Assembly: GCA_027002825.1 (NCBI GenBank)
Contig: JALWZG010000072.1
Coordinates: forward strand, 1 to 47,665
DNA length: 47,665 bases
Direction: 5' to 3'
Origin: a candidate division WOR-3 bacterium
GTDB taxonomy: Bacteria; Hydrothermota; Hydrothermia; LBFQ01
Each line of letters starts with the position of its first letter. Within the stretch, counting starts at the first letter, position 1. Of this stretch, positions 1-9,043 are shown in pieces. The position numbers and the translations under genes are program-made. The notes under the pieces were generated by a model. That model worked only from the letters and a program-made list of their open reading frames with translations, searched no databases and was not told the origin of the DNA.

Positions 1-270
1 CGGAACTACCGGGTATTATAAGGGCGGGAAAACGAAGGTGTATGTTCGTAAACCTCCAATCCTGCGCGAAAGCCGGGGGGTTTGCGAAGTGGGTGTGAAT
101 GCCTGTGGCCATTAGAGAAACGGCCATCAAGTTTACCTGAACGACCGTTCAAACACTCCGCACAAAGCGGGATTTTTCGGAGGTTTGCGAAGTCGCTTTG
201 TGATGCAAAGTAGTTTATATTGTAGAATAAATCTCCCATCCCATCCTTGTATCCGTTGAACCTCTGTGGA

Positions 271-285
271 TTTCCCCAGTATAAT
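271..285 (+). promoter_or_regulatory. Promoter of rpsO-pnp: TTTCCCCAG-TATAAT, possible -35 TTGAAC at 256-261
   Basis: TATAAT at 280-285, 8 nt before ATG 294, no SD. The same 15-mer lies on the minus strand at 16886-16900. Confidence 0.75.
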
Positions 286-293
286 TCCCGGCT

Positions 294-566
294 ATGGTGT
301 TCAGACCGGAGAAAGAGAAGATCGCAAAGGAGTTTATGAGGCATGAGAAGGACAGCGGCTCTCCAGAGGTGCAAATAGCCCTGCTCACGCATAGGATAAA
401 GCATCTGACGGAACATGTCAAACGCCACAGAAAGGACGTTCACACCCGCTACGGCCTGCTGAAGCTGGTTGAAAAGCGGAAAAAGTTGATGAAATACCTG
501 AAACGCACCGATTACAGGAAGTACGTTAAGGTCATAAAAACCCTTGGACTGCGTGATGTGAAGTGA
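294..566 (+). CDS. rpsO: 30S ribosomal protein S15
   Basis: DSGSPEVQIALLT..I..LTEH..H.KD...GLLKLV..RKKL..YL signature; directly upstream of pnp. Confidence 0.98.
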   Translation: MVFRPEKEKIAKEFMRHEKDSGSPEVQIALLTHRIKHLTEHVKRHRKDVHTRYGLLKLVEKRKKLMKYLKRTDYRKYVKVIKTLGLRDVK

Positions 567-2713
567 TTATGAAGAAGAGGTACGATTTAAACTTCAACGG
601 CAGAACCCTCACGATAGAACCCGCCGACAGATGGTTGAAACAGGCGGCAGGTTCCGCCCTTGTGCGGATGGGCGATACGGTTGTCCTCGCGGCCGCCACC
701 TACAAAAAGGCGGATCCAAAAAACAAGCGGGATTTTCTACCCCTTCTGGTTGAGTACAGGGAGGAATCCTTTGCGGCCGGAAAGATACCCGGAGGGTTTT
801 TCAGACGTGAGGGAAAACCGCGCGAGAAGGAGATCGTCTACGGCAGGGCCATTGACCGTTCCCTCAGGCCGCTCTTTCCCAAAGGCATGACCGACGACGT
901 GGAGTTGGCCGTAATGCTTATATCTTACGATATGGAATACGAGGGCAACTTTCTTGGAGCGATAGCCTCGTCTCTTGCCCTAACCCTCTCGGAGATACCC
1001 TTCAACGGACCGATAGGTACGGTCAGGCTGACCAGAATCAACGGGGAATTCGTAATCTTCCCCACAAACGAAGAGGTTGAAAAAGGGGATTTTGACCTGT
1101 TGGTTTCGGGAACTCCCGGTGGAAAGTTCCACATGATAGAGCTCGGTGGGAAGGAGGTGCCGGAAGACATCCTGATAGAGGCCCTGAAGTTCGCCCGTGA
1201 ACCCATAGAGATCATAGCCAACGTACAGGAGGAGCTGAGGGAATCCCTGGGTAAAGAGAAGTTTGAACCGACGCTCCTGCGCTATCCCGAAGGGTTAAAG
1301 GAGGAGGTTGAGGGGATTGTCAAGGACAAAATCCTTGATGCCATGCTCTCAGGGACAAAAGGTGAGAGAAACGAAGCCCTTGACAGACTCAGAGAGGAGG
1401 TAATAGAGGCACTCTCCGAGAAGTATCCGGACAGCGAAGTTGAGATAGGAGACATACTTTACAACCTTGAAAGGGAGACCCTCCGGAAATACGTGCTTGA
1501 GAACAACAAACGCATAGACGGAAGGGCGCTTGACGAAATACGACCGCTCTTTGCCGAAATCGGAATGCTGCCAAGGGTTCACGGATCGGCCGTGTTCGGT
1601 AGAGGTGAAACAATAGCGCTTGTGTCCACCACCCTCGGCACCCACGAGGACATGCAGATGATGACAGAACTGGACGTTGAAGAGTTCAAAAGGTTCATCC
1701 TCCATTACAACTTTCCACCCTTCTCCGTGGGCGAAGTAAGACCCATGAGGGGACCTGGACGCAGGGAAATAGGCCACGGAAACCTGGCGGAAAAGGCCCT
1801 TGAACCGCTCATCCCCGACGAGGAAACCTTTCCCTACACCATAAGGGTGGTCTCGGACATACTCTCCTCCAACGGCTCCACGTCCATGGCCAGCGTATGC
1901 GGTGGATCCCTCTCCCTGATGGACGCCGGTGTACCGATAAGGGAACACGTTGCCGGTATCTCCATAGGTTTGATAACGACGGAAGACAAAAAGGACTACC
2001 GTTTACTTACGGATATACAGGGCATGGAGGACTTCTTCGGCGACATGGACTTCAAGGTTGCCGGGACATCCAAAGGGATAACGGCCATACAGCTGGACCT
2101 GAAAATTGACGGGTTGACCCTTGATATGATCTCCGACGCCCTTCAACGGGCAAAAGCCGCCCGCGAGAAAATACTTGAGTTCATGAACAACGTTATATCA
2201 AGACCGAGGGAAAAGGTTTCTGCCCACGCACCCAAAGTTATGACCCTGAAGGTTGACCCTTCAAAGGTGGGTGAGATCATAGGTCCGGGGGGAAGGGTCA
2301 TACGCTCCATCATAGGTCAGACGGAGACCAAGATAGACATAGACGACGAGAGCGGCATGATCTTCATCTACGGTAAAACCTACGAAAACGTTGAAAGGGC
2401 CAAGGAGCTCATACAGGAGATAACGGCCGATCTGGAGATAGGCAAAACCTACATAGGTGAGGTTTACAGGATAGAGCCTTACGGCGTCTTCGTAAGGATA
2501 GGCAAAAAGGAGGCCCTACTCCACATATCCGAATTCGATTTCCGCCGAATAACACCGGAGGAGTTGAGGAGATCCGTAAAGATAGGAGACAAACTCCTTG
2601 TAAAGGTGATAGACGTGGACGAGCTGGGAAGGGTAAAGGTCTCCCGCAAACAGGCGATGCGGGGGGTTTCCAAGCTTTCAAGGGGTCCAAAAACCGGTGG
2701 AAGCGGAAGGTGA
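563..2713 (+). CDS. pnp: Polyribonucleotide nucleotidyltransferase (PNPase)
   Basis: AGKIPGGFFRREG, RREIGHG, SNGSTSMASVCG and GDMDFKVAGT motifs, KH (IIGPGGRVI) and S1 domains. Start is GTG 563 or ATG 569. Confidence 0.98.
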   Translation: MIMKKRYDLNFNGRTLTIEPADRWLKQAAGSALVRMGDTVVLAAATYKKADPKNKRDFLPLLVEYREESFAAGKIPGGFFRREGKPREKEIVYGRAIDRSLRPLFPKGMTDDVELAVMLISYDMEYEGNFLGAIASSLALTLSEIPFNGPIGTVRLTRINGEFVIFPTNEEVEKGDFDLLVSGTPGGKFHMIELGGKEVPEDILIEALKFAREPIEIIANVQEELRESLGKEKFEPTLLRYPEGLKEEVEGIVKDKILDAMLSGTKGERNEALDRLREEVIEALSEKYPDSEVEIGDILYNLERETLRKYVLENNKRIDGRALDEIRPLFAEIGMLPRVHGSAVFGRGETIALVSTTLGTHEDMQMMTELDVEEFKRFILHYNFPPFSVGEVRPMRGPGRREIGHGNLAEKALEPLIPDEETFPYTIRVVSDILSSNGSTSMASVCGGSLSLMDAGVPIREHVAGISIGLITTEDKKDYRLLTDIQGMEDFFGDMDFKVAGTSKGITAIQLDLKIDGLTLDMISDALQRAKAAREKILEFMNNVISRPREKVSAHAPKVMTLKVDPSKVGEIIGPGGRVIRSIIGQTETKIDIDDESGMIFIYGKTYENVERAKELIQEITADLEIGKTYIGEVYRIEPYGVFVRIGKKEALLHISEFDFRRITPEELRRSVKIGDKLLVKVIDVDELGRVKVSRKQAMRGVSKLSRGPKTGGSGR

Positions 2714-3108
2714 TACCGTTCATCCTGCAGTTGGACACCCTAAAAGGGGATACGGTTGACACCCTTGTCAGAAAGGACACCTTCCTCCTCTCCCCCGCAC
2801 AGGCCGCCCTGCGTTCCGCCATCATTCCCGGCTGGGGGCAGTTCTACACGGGAAACGCCGCCAAAGGTATGTGCCTCGGCCTTTTAACCTTAGCCGCCAC
2901 ATCCTACACCCTTTACAGGTATTACGTAATGCGCGAGGAGGAATCCTACTCCTACTCCGCAACCACAGACTTCCTCGCGGCGCTCATCTTGAACATCGCC
3001 GTTTGGGGTTATACCATCGCGGACGCCTTTACGGACGCATATCTCTACGGGTTTGAGACCTTTCGGGACACGCTAAAAGCGGATTTAACACCGAAAAAGG
3101 GGGATTAG
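2710..3108 (+). CDS. DUF5683-like membrane/exported protein
   Basis: SP..AALRSAIIPGWGQFY motif plus hydrophobic segments and DAFTDAYL; GTGA-coupled to pnp. Confidence 0.7.
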   Translation: MIPFILQLDTLKGDTVDTLVRKDTFLLSPAQAALRSAIIPGWGQFYTGNAAKGMCLGLLTLAATSYTLYRYYVMREEESYSYSATTDFLAALILNIAVWGYTIADAFTDAYLYGFETFRDTLKADLTPKKGD

Positions 3109-4964
3109 GCCATCTCCTGCAACCTGTACAGCTGGTAATACTTACCCCCCTTTCTCAGCAGTTCCTCGTGGCTACCCTCCTCAACGACCCTACCGTCTTC
3201 AAGGACGAGTATGCGATCGGCCACCCGTGCTGTGGCCAACCTGTGGGCGACTATCACCATCGTCTTGTCCCTGAACTTCTCCAACAAAAGCCTTTGGATC
3301 TTTGACTCCGTAATGGCGTCTATGTTGCTCGTAGCCTCATCGAATACGATTATAGGCCTGTTGAAGGCCAGGGCCCTGGCTATGGCCACCAGCTGTTTCT
3401 CCCCCGCGGATAGCTCCGAGTGGCTTTTACCCAACACATCCCCCAAACCCATATCCCTGAGGACATCCTCAAAGGGTAGGTCGTACCCAAAGGTTATGTT
3501 CATCGCCATGCTGTCCGCAAACACGGTCAAATCCTGAAGGACCGGAGAAAACAACTCCCTGAGGGCGAGCACGTCCCACTCCCTCGTATCAACTCCGAAC
3601 ACCTCAACCTTACCGTGGGTTGGTAGATAAAAGCCCATCATCAGGTTTAAAACCGTAGTCTTACCGGCCCCCGTCCTGCCGACCAGCGCCACCTTCTCCC
3701 CAACCCTTACGTCAAAGGAGAGACCCTTAAGGGCAAGCCTTTTACCATCATAGGAGTAAACGACATCTTGAAACCTTATGGCGATACCATCGCTTGGGGA
3801 AAGCGCCTTCCTATCACCCGTAGGTTCGGGAGACGTCTTGAGAAACGCCTTCACCTTTTCGTATCCCGCGATTGAGGACTGGACGGTCTGAACCCTCTGT
3901 GAGAACTCCTCCACGGGCCTGAACAGTATGTCCACGTAGCTCAAAAACGCGACGAGGCTCCCAAAGGTTATCTCACCCTCAAGTATCCCGCCTGCGGAGT
4001 ACCATATGACCGTGGCGACGGCCACGTACCTTATAAAACTTATGGCGGGTCGGAAAATCCCGGCTATATAGACCACCCCCATGTAAGCCCTGTAGAGGTA
4101 ATCGTTGACCTCCCTGAACCTATCAAGCATGGACCTATGCGCCCCGAGGTTCTGAACGGTTTTCAGTCCCCATATACTCTCCTGAACGAAGGCGTTTATG
4201 CGCGCTATCCCCGTGCGCACCTTTCTCCAGGCCTTCGCGAAAAGCCCTGCAAACGCATAGGACACACCCAGAATCACGGGCATCAGGAGTAGAACTATCA
4301 GGGTCAGCTTAACGCTTATGGCCAGCATCAGGACAAGGGCGGCCGCGAACATGAGGACGTTCTGAAAGACGTTCAGAAAGCCGCCTTTAAAGGTTTCCAC
4401 CACGGCGTTTATGTCGTTTGTAAGCCGTGTTATCACCACACCAAGGGGTGTTCTGTCGTAAAATACCATGGGAAGCCTTAAGGCGTGCCTGAACGTCCTA
4501 ACCCGGAGATCGTTCGCCACCCTTTCCCCGACCCAACTGCTCAGAAACACAAACCCAAAGTTGAAAAAGAACCTCAGCGTGAGCAGGAGGAGGAAGAGCA
4601 GGAACATATCCCTTACCGCCCTGAGGTCCTCTTCCCTCAACTTCAGGATCTCCTCCTTGGGCATCCTGAAAACCTCTTCCGCCCTCATGAAACCCCTTGG
4701 GGTCTTAAAGTACCTCTCCGGTAGCACCCTTTTTTCCAAATCCCACTTGGACAGCCGTGTTATGTCCAACATCTCACCCGTTTCCCTGTCCTGGGCGTAC
4801 TTGGGGAGTATGTGGTGGTCTATGGTATGCCTTACAACCTGAGGTATGGTCACCTCAACGACCGCCGAACCCACGAGAAACGCGAAGGCGACGGAGAACG
4901 GAAGCCAGTAAGGTTTGGCCAGGGCGAAGAGCTCCTTCAGGGCGAGAAAGTAATCCCTACCCAC
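3105..4964 (-). CDS. ABC exporter, fused permease/ATPase (MdlB/MsbA-like)
   Basis: N-terminal TM domain, Walker A GRTGAGKTT, LSAGEKQ signature, FDEATS, AHRL. Confidence 0.93.
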   Translation of the reverse strand: MGRDYFLALKELFALAKPYWLPFSVAFAFLVGSAVVEVTIPQVVRHTIDHHILPKYAQDRETGEMLDITRLSKWDLEKRVLPERYFKTPRGFMRAEEVFRMPKEEILKLREEDLRAVRDMFLLFLLLLTLRFFFNFGFVFLSSWVGERVANDLRVRTFRHALRLPMVFYDRTPLGVVITRLTNDINAVVETFKGGFLNVFQNVLMFAAALVLMLAISVKLTLIVLLLMPVILGVSYAFAGLFAKAWRKVRTGIARINAFVQESIWGLKTVQNLGAHRSMLDRFREVNDYLYRAYMGVVYIAGIFRPAISFIRYVAVATVIWYSAGGILEGEITFGSLVAFLSYVDILFRPVEEFSQRVQTVQSSIAGYEKVKAFLKTSPEPTGDRKALSPSDGIAIRFQDVVYSYDGKRLALKGLSFDVRVGEKVALVGRTGAGKTTVLNLMMGFYLPTHGKVEVFGVDTREWDVLALRELFSPVLQDLTVFADSMAMNITFGYDLPFEDVLRDMGLGDVLGKSHSELSAGEKQLVAIARALAFNRPIIVFDEATSNIDAITESKIQRLLLEKFRDKTMVIVAHRLATARVADRILVLEDGRVVEEGSHEELLRKGGKYYQLYRLQEMA

Positions 4965-4981
4965 GGCCTTAGGATTCTACC

Positions 4982-5272
4982 TCAGAAAAACCTCCCCGGT
5001 GCTATCTCCTCGTCAAGCCAGGGGAACTTTCTCCGGTAAGCCGCCACGAATTTGGGGTAGAGTATGCCTCCGAGGATACCCTTTATAAACTCCTTTACGT
5101 CCTCCTCATCGGCCTTTCCTCTGTACACATCGTCTACGATTTCGGCCACCCTGTAGGCTCCCGGCGGAAGGGATGCGGAGTCGTACCCACCCATCCTGTA
5201 ATCAAGAAACTCCTCCAAAACGGTGTATACCGCCAGGATTATGGCCTCCACGTACTCCCTCTCCCTCCCCAT
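4982..5272 (-). CDS. Hypothetical protein (~96 aa)
   Basis: ATG at 5272 (MGREREY) directly after the stop of the upstream gene; fills the operon gap. Confidence 0.6.
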   Translation of the reverse strand: MGREREYVEAIILAVYTVLEEFLDYRMGGYDSASLPPGAYRVAEIVDDVYRGKADEEDVKEFIKGILGGILYPKFVAAYRRKFPWLDEEIAPGRFF

Positions 5273-5273
5273 A

Positions 5274-5642
5274 TCACCTGTCCCAGAACTTCCTGAAGGT
5301 GAAGAAACCCGAAAGGAGACCGAACGAGAACACAAGGGGAACCAAAAGCCACTTCCCCGTAAGTCTGTACATCCAAAAGGCCCCCGCGGTGTACACGGAT
5401 AGGTACATACCCCCGTTCAAAACGGCCATGTAAAGCGGGAGGTTTAAACCCCTTAACCTACCCTTGAGCGTCCTGTAAAAGTAGGAGTTTATCCTATCCA
5501 ACGCGTAATCGGAGGCGGCCAGGAGGAAAGCGACCAACAGGGCGTAAGGGGAACACACCTCGCCGAAGTGAAAACCTCTGGAGAGGAGGACGAAAACCAA
5601 CCCTCCAACGGAATAAACTGTGGCAAACAGCAGGGAGTACAC
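5274..5642 (-). CDS. Hypothetical membrane protein (3-4 TM)
   Basis: Hydrophobic segments; abuts neighbours on both sides. Confidence 0.65.
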   Translation of the reverse strand: MYSLLFATVYSVGGLVFVLLSRGFHFGEVCSPYALLVAFLLAASDYALDRINSYFYRTLKGRLRGLNLPLYMAVLNGGMYLSVYTAGAFWMYRLTGKWLLVPLVFSFGLLSGFFTFRKFWDR

Positions 5643-5996
5643 CTACTCCAACCAGATCAGTATTATTGAGCAGTTGGGACAGGTTATGATCTTCTCGTCC
5701 GTGGGGATTATGGAGGCGGGTAGGGCCGCGAAGCAGTTGGTACACATGCGGTTCACCACACGGGTGATACCCCTTCCGTACTTCCTGCGGAGCATCTCGT
5801 ACCTCTGGTACATCATCGGGTTGGCCTTGCGGAGCTCCTGGGCTATCTCCTTTCTCTTCCTCTTCAGCTCTTCTACCTTATCCGGGGAGACCTGAAGGCC
5901 CGTCTTCTCGGTGTACTGGGGGTCCTCAACCTGCTGGATGAGGAGGTCCAAATCCTGCAGAAAGTAGAGCTTCTTGAGGAATTCCTTATTACTCAT
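5643..5996 (-). CDS. C4 zinc-ribbon protein (zf-RING_7/DUF164-like), short form
   Basis: LQDLD N-terminal motif, YEMLRR, CTNC...CPNC.IL. Confidence 0.8.
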   Translation of the reverse strand: MSNKEFLKKLYFLQDLDLLIQQVEDPQYTEKTGLQVSPDKVEELKRKRKEIAQELRKANPMMYQRYEMLRRKYGRGITRVVNRMCTNCFAALPASIIPTDEKIITCPNCSIILIWLE

Positions 5997-6444
5997 GGTC
6001 GTGGGAAAGTATGTAATCCACCACCTCTTTAGGAGAGGAGAAATCGGTCTTTATCTCCCCCTCGCCGACTATGGACCTTGACACCCTTGCTATAGAGCCG
6101 AGAGCGGAGAGGTACTTCATAGAGGGGTCGTTGGGGGTGGCTATGAGCATAAAGAAGAGGTGGACGGGCTTGCCGTCAAGGGCCTCAAAATCCACACCCT
6201 TCTTGGAGATCCCCACGACGAGCGTGATGTTGTCCACGACTATGCTGCGGGAGTGAGGTATGGCTATACCTTTACCTATGCCCGTTGAGCCGAGGATTTC
6301 GCGCTGCATGAGGGATTTGAATAGGATCTCCTTCTTGTCGTCGGGCAGGTCCAGAACGTCTATGAGCTCCTTTAGAGCCTCCTCCTTCGTCTCCGCCTTC
6401 ATGTCAAGGATGATCCTGTCCTCCCTTAAGAGTTCCTTGAGCAT
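5989..6444 (-). CDS. PTS EIIA component (PtsN/fructose-type)
   Basis: REILGSTGIGKGIAIPH phospho-His motif, GVDFEALDGKPVHLFF; GGAGGT SD. Confidence 0.92.
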   Translation of the reverse strand: MLKELLREDRIILDMKAETKEEALKELIDVLDLPDDKKEILFKSLMQREILGSTGIGKGIAIPHSRSIVVDNITLVVGISKKGVDFEALDGKPVHLFFMLIATPNDPSMKYLSALGSIARVSRSIVGEGEIKTDFSSPKEVVDYILSHDHE

Positions 6445-7153
6445 CTTTTACCTCCTTTTTTTCCCTGTTTAACCTGAGAATCAGGGGATCCTCAACCCCC
6501 ACCTCGGCGAAGGCCTCGGCCCTTTGGACACACGTGGGACACTCCCCACACGGCCAACCGTCCTTAGGTGAATAGCAGGACCACGTCCACTCGTAAGGCA
6601 CCCCCAGGCTCAGACCAAGTCTTATTATATCGGCCTTCCTGAGGGATATGAGGGGTGTGTGGACCCGCACCCTTTTCTTTCCCTCAAAGGCGAGGGCGGA
6701 GCCGGAGTTCAAAAGGGATTCAAGGGCCGAAGCCCATTCCGGGCGTGTATCGGGATAGTTGGGGACGTCCTCCGAATGCACCCCCAGGACGAGATCCCCT
6801 ATACCGTTTGCGTCCATGTATGCCCCCGCCACCACACCGAAAAGCGAGTTCCTCATGGGTACGTATGTGGATATAACCCCCCTATCCGGATAAGGGCCTT
6901 TGGGGACCTCCAAACTCCTGTTCGTCAGGGCCGATCTCCCCAAGCCGGCAAGGAAGTCCAACCTCAGTATAACGTGTTTCTCCACACCGGCCAAAGAGGC
7001 CAGCTTTTTGGCGTACTCCAGTTCAAGGGAGTGCCTCTGTCCGTAATCAAAGGTCATGGCGTGTACGGTGCGAAAACGCCTCTTCGCCCACCACAAAGCG
7101 GTGGAGGAGTCAATCCCCCCCGAGAGGAGGACCAAACACTTATCACCCTCCAT
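6404..7153 (-). CDS. queC: 7-cyano-7-deazaguanine synthase
   Basis: SGGIDS, FDYGQRH, TYVPMRN, YPDTRPE, TWSCY, CGECPTC. Confidence 0.96.
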   Translation of the reverse strand: MEGDKCLVLLSGGIDSSTALWWAKRRFRTVHAMTFDYGQRHSLELEYAKKLASLAGVEKHVILRLDFLAGLGRSALTNRSLEVPKGPYPDRGVISTYVPMRNSLFGVVAGAYMDANGIGDLVLGVHSEDVPNYPDTRPEWASALESLLNSGSALAFEGKKRVRVHTPLISLRKADIIRLGLSLGVPYEWTWSCYSPKDGWPCGECPTCVQRAEAFAEVGVEDPLILRLNREKKEVKDAQGTLKGGQDHP

Positions 7154-7232
7154 ATCCGACGAGAGCGGATATTGTAAGGGTGTAAACGGTGAATTGCTCC
7201 GGGGGACGTTTGTGCCTTAAAATACCCACCGG

Positions 7233-8387
7233 ATGCTTTTCGTCCTCACATATGTGTCCGAGGTGTGGTTGGAAAGGGGGAGGTGTGAACCCGTCAGGAT
7301 GCGCAACGCCGAGGAGTACGTCGTTCCCGCCTCAACGTTGAAGTCCCTCTGGGCCATACTCCTCCTAAACGAGTTGGGGGAGGACTACCGCATCCCAACA
7401 CTTGTGGCCACAAAGGGAAACGTCGTGATCCTCAGGTTCAACGGTGATCCTTACTTCAAACTCAGGAGGTTGGACTCGGTTTTGCTGGAGAGGTTTAAAG
7501 GGATAAGGGGTAAGACCGTATACGTCCTCCTCTCCTTTCCCCGCTGGGGGGAGAGGTACGGTTATGGTTGGGCGTGGGATGACATAAAGTTCAGACTCGT
7601 CTCACCCATAACCCCCATATCCATAAACGGCGGAAGGCTTTACGAGGACAGCACCCTGAACATAGTAGTGGTGGAGGGTCTGGAGGAGGAGATAATAACG
7701 GATACGGCCCTGCTGATACCGAGAAACGGTTGGAGGTACTCCGATCCGCTCTCCGTGATCGGGTACGTGGTGAGGCGGGCGGGGGAGAGGAGCGGTAAGA
7801 GGGTGGTCTTTGAGTACAGGGAGGAAAACCGCATAAACCTCTCAGGCTTTTCAACCGACACATTTTACAGCCCCCCACTCCGCCGTATGCTCAAGGGAAT
7901 ACTCGCCTACAGCTCCAACTTCCACATGGACATGTTGGTGGCCCATTACTCCGGCGGTCTGATAAACTCGGGTAAGGCGTTCAGGAGGTTTATGGGTAAT
8001 CTCGGAATGGACACACTCGCCTACGTGTTTGACGGTTCAGGTCTCTCGCGGTACAACCTGATAAGGGCGGTGGACGCCACCTACATGCTGTGCGCCGCGT
8101 CAAGGGGGAAGGACAGCACGGTCAGGTACATATTCCCGTATCCGGGAGAGGGAACGCTGAGGAGGAGGCTCCTGGAGATGAGAGACATGGTCTACGCCAA
8201 AACGGGAACGCTTTTCGGTGTTTCCTCCCTGCTCGGGTTTTACGAGGGGTGCAACGGGAATTACGTGTTCGGCATATACATGCAAAACTCCCCGATCGTC
8301 AGGAAATCCAGGGATTTCATAGACTCCCTTGTGGTGTGGACGAGTGGGGGTAGGGAGTGCAACCGAGCCGAGGAGGTCAGAAGATGA
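7233..8387 (+). CDS. dacB: D-Ala-D-Ala carboxypeptidase/endopeptidase (PBP4, peptidase S13)
   Basis: SxxK (PASTLK), GDP, SxN (SSN), DGSGLSRYN, KTG (AKTGTL). Confidence 0.88.
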   Translation: MLFVLTYVSEVWLERGRCEPVRMRNAEEYVVPASTLKSLWAILLLNELGEDYRIPTLVATKGNVVILRFNGDPYFKLRRLDSVLLERFKGIRGKTVYVLLSFPRWGERYGYGWAWDDIKFRLVSPITPISINGGRLYEDSTLNIVVVEGLEEEIITDTALLIPRNGWRYSDPLSVIGYVVRRAGERSGKRVVFEYREENRINLSGFSTDTFYSPPLRRMLKGILAYSSNFHMDMLVAHYSGGLINSGKAFRRFMGNLGMDTLAYVFDGSGLSRYNLIRAVDATYMLCAASRGKDSTVRYIFPYPGEGTLRRRLLEMRDMVYAKTGTLFGVSSLLGFYEGCNGNYVFGIYMQNSPIVRKSRDFIDSLVVWTSGGRECNRAEEVRR

Positions 8388-9043
8388 TAGCTCTCATCCC
8401 GTCCTTTTTGGACACACCGGAAACCCTTGTGTTTGAGGCCAAATTCGGACCCTTTAAAGCCGGAAGGCTTTACCTCATAAGCGAGGGAAAGGTGTTCTGG
8501 AACGGGAGGGAGGCTTACAGGTTCACACTGATAGCCCACGGCGGAGTTCCGTTCTTCAGGATAAGGGACACACTCATAAGCGTCGTGGATCTAAACCTAC
8601 GCTCACTCTTCTACAAAAAGCTTCAACACGAGGGGAACTACCACAACTGGGGATGGATAGCGTACGATCAGGAAAACGGTGTGGCCCAATACCACACAGG
8701 TGAAAGGGTTGGGATACCGAAGGGCAGTTTGGACCCTCTCGCCCTCGTTTACGTGGCCAGAACACTTGACTTTGACGCCAAGGAGGAGTACTCCTTCCCC
8801 TATCACGTGGACTTCATAACCGAAACGGTGCGCGTGAGGCTGGTGGGGAGGGAAAAGGTCAAGACGAAGTTCGGGTGGCACGACTGTTGGGTGGTAAAGC
8901 CGATAATGAGATCCGGGAAGAACGTCTTCGGCGGTAAGGGTGGGATGAGGATATGGATTGACAGGAAAACCCGCCTACCCGTAAAGGTTGAGGCCAGGAT
9001 GGTCTTCGGTAAGGCGACGGGTGTGTTGGTTGACCGTCAGTAA
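8384..9043 (+). CDS. DUF3108-family exported protein
   Basis: ETLVFEAKFGPFKAG, DPLALVYVAR, GREKVKTKFG..DC, IWID...LPVK. ATG 8384 overlaps the dacB stop (ATGA). Confidence 0.75.
   Translation: MIALIPSFLDTPETLVFEAKFGPFKAGRLYLISEGKVFWNGREAYRFTLIAHGGVPFFRIRDTLISVVDLNLRSLFYKKLQHEGNYHNWGWIAYDQENGVAQYHTGERVGIPKGSLDPLALVYVARTLDFDAKEEYSFPYHVDFITETVRVRLVGREKVKTKFGWHDCWVVKPIMRSGKNVFGGKGGMRIWIDRKTRLPVKVEARMVFGKATGVLVDRQ

Noticed and set aside
195-275. AT-rich patch with TGTGGATTT as a possible oriC/DnaA box
   Set aside because: Only one degenerate box, no cluster, no dnaA or dnaN nearby.
6-443. 145-aa minus-strand ORF over rpsO and the intergenic region
   Set aside because: Antisense to rpsO, crosses promoter sequence, no recognisable motif.
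7152-7172. Inverted repeat ATATCCG-N7-CGGATAT over the queC start, considered as a preQ1 riboswitch
   Set aside because: No preQ1 consensus or A-rich tail, and the -10 box overlaps one arm so the transcript would not contain the full stem. An operator role is not excluded.
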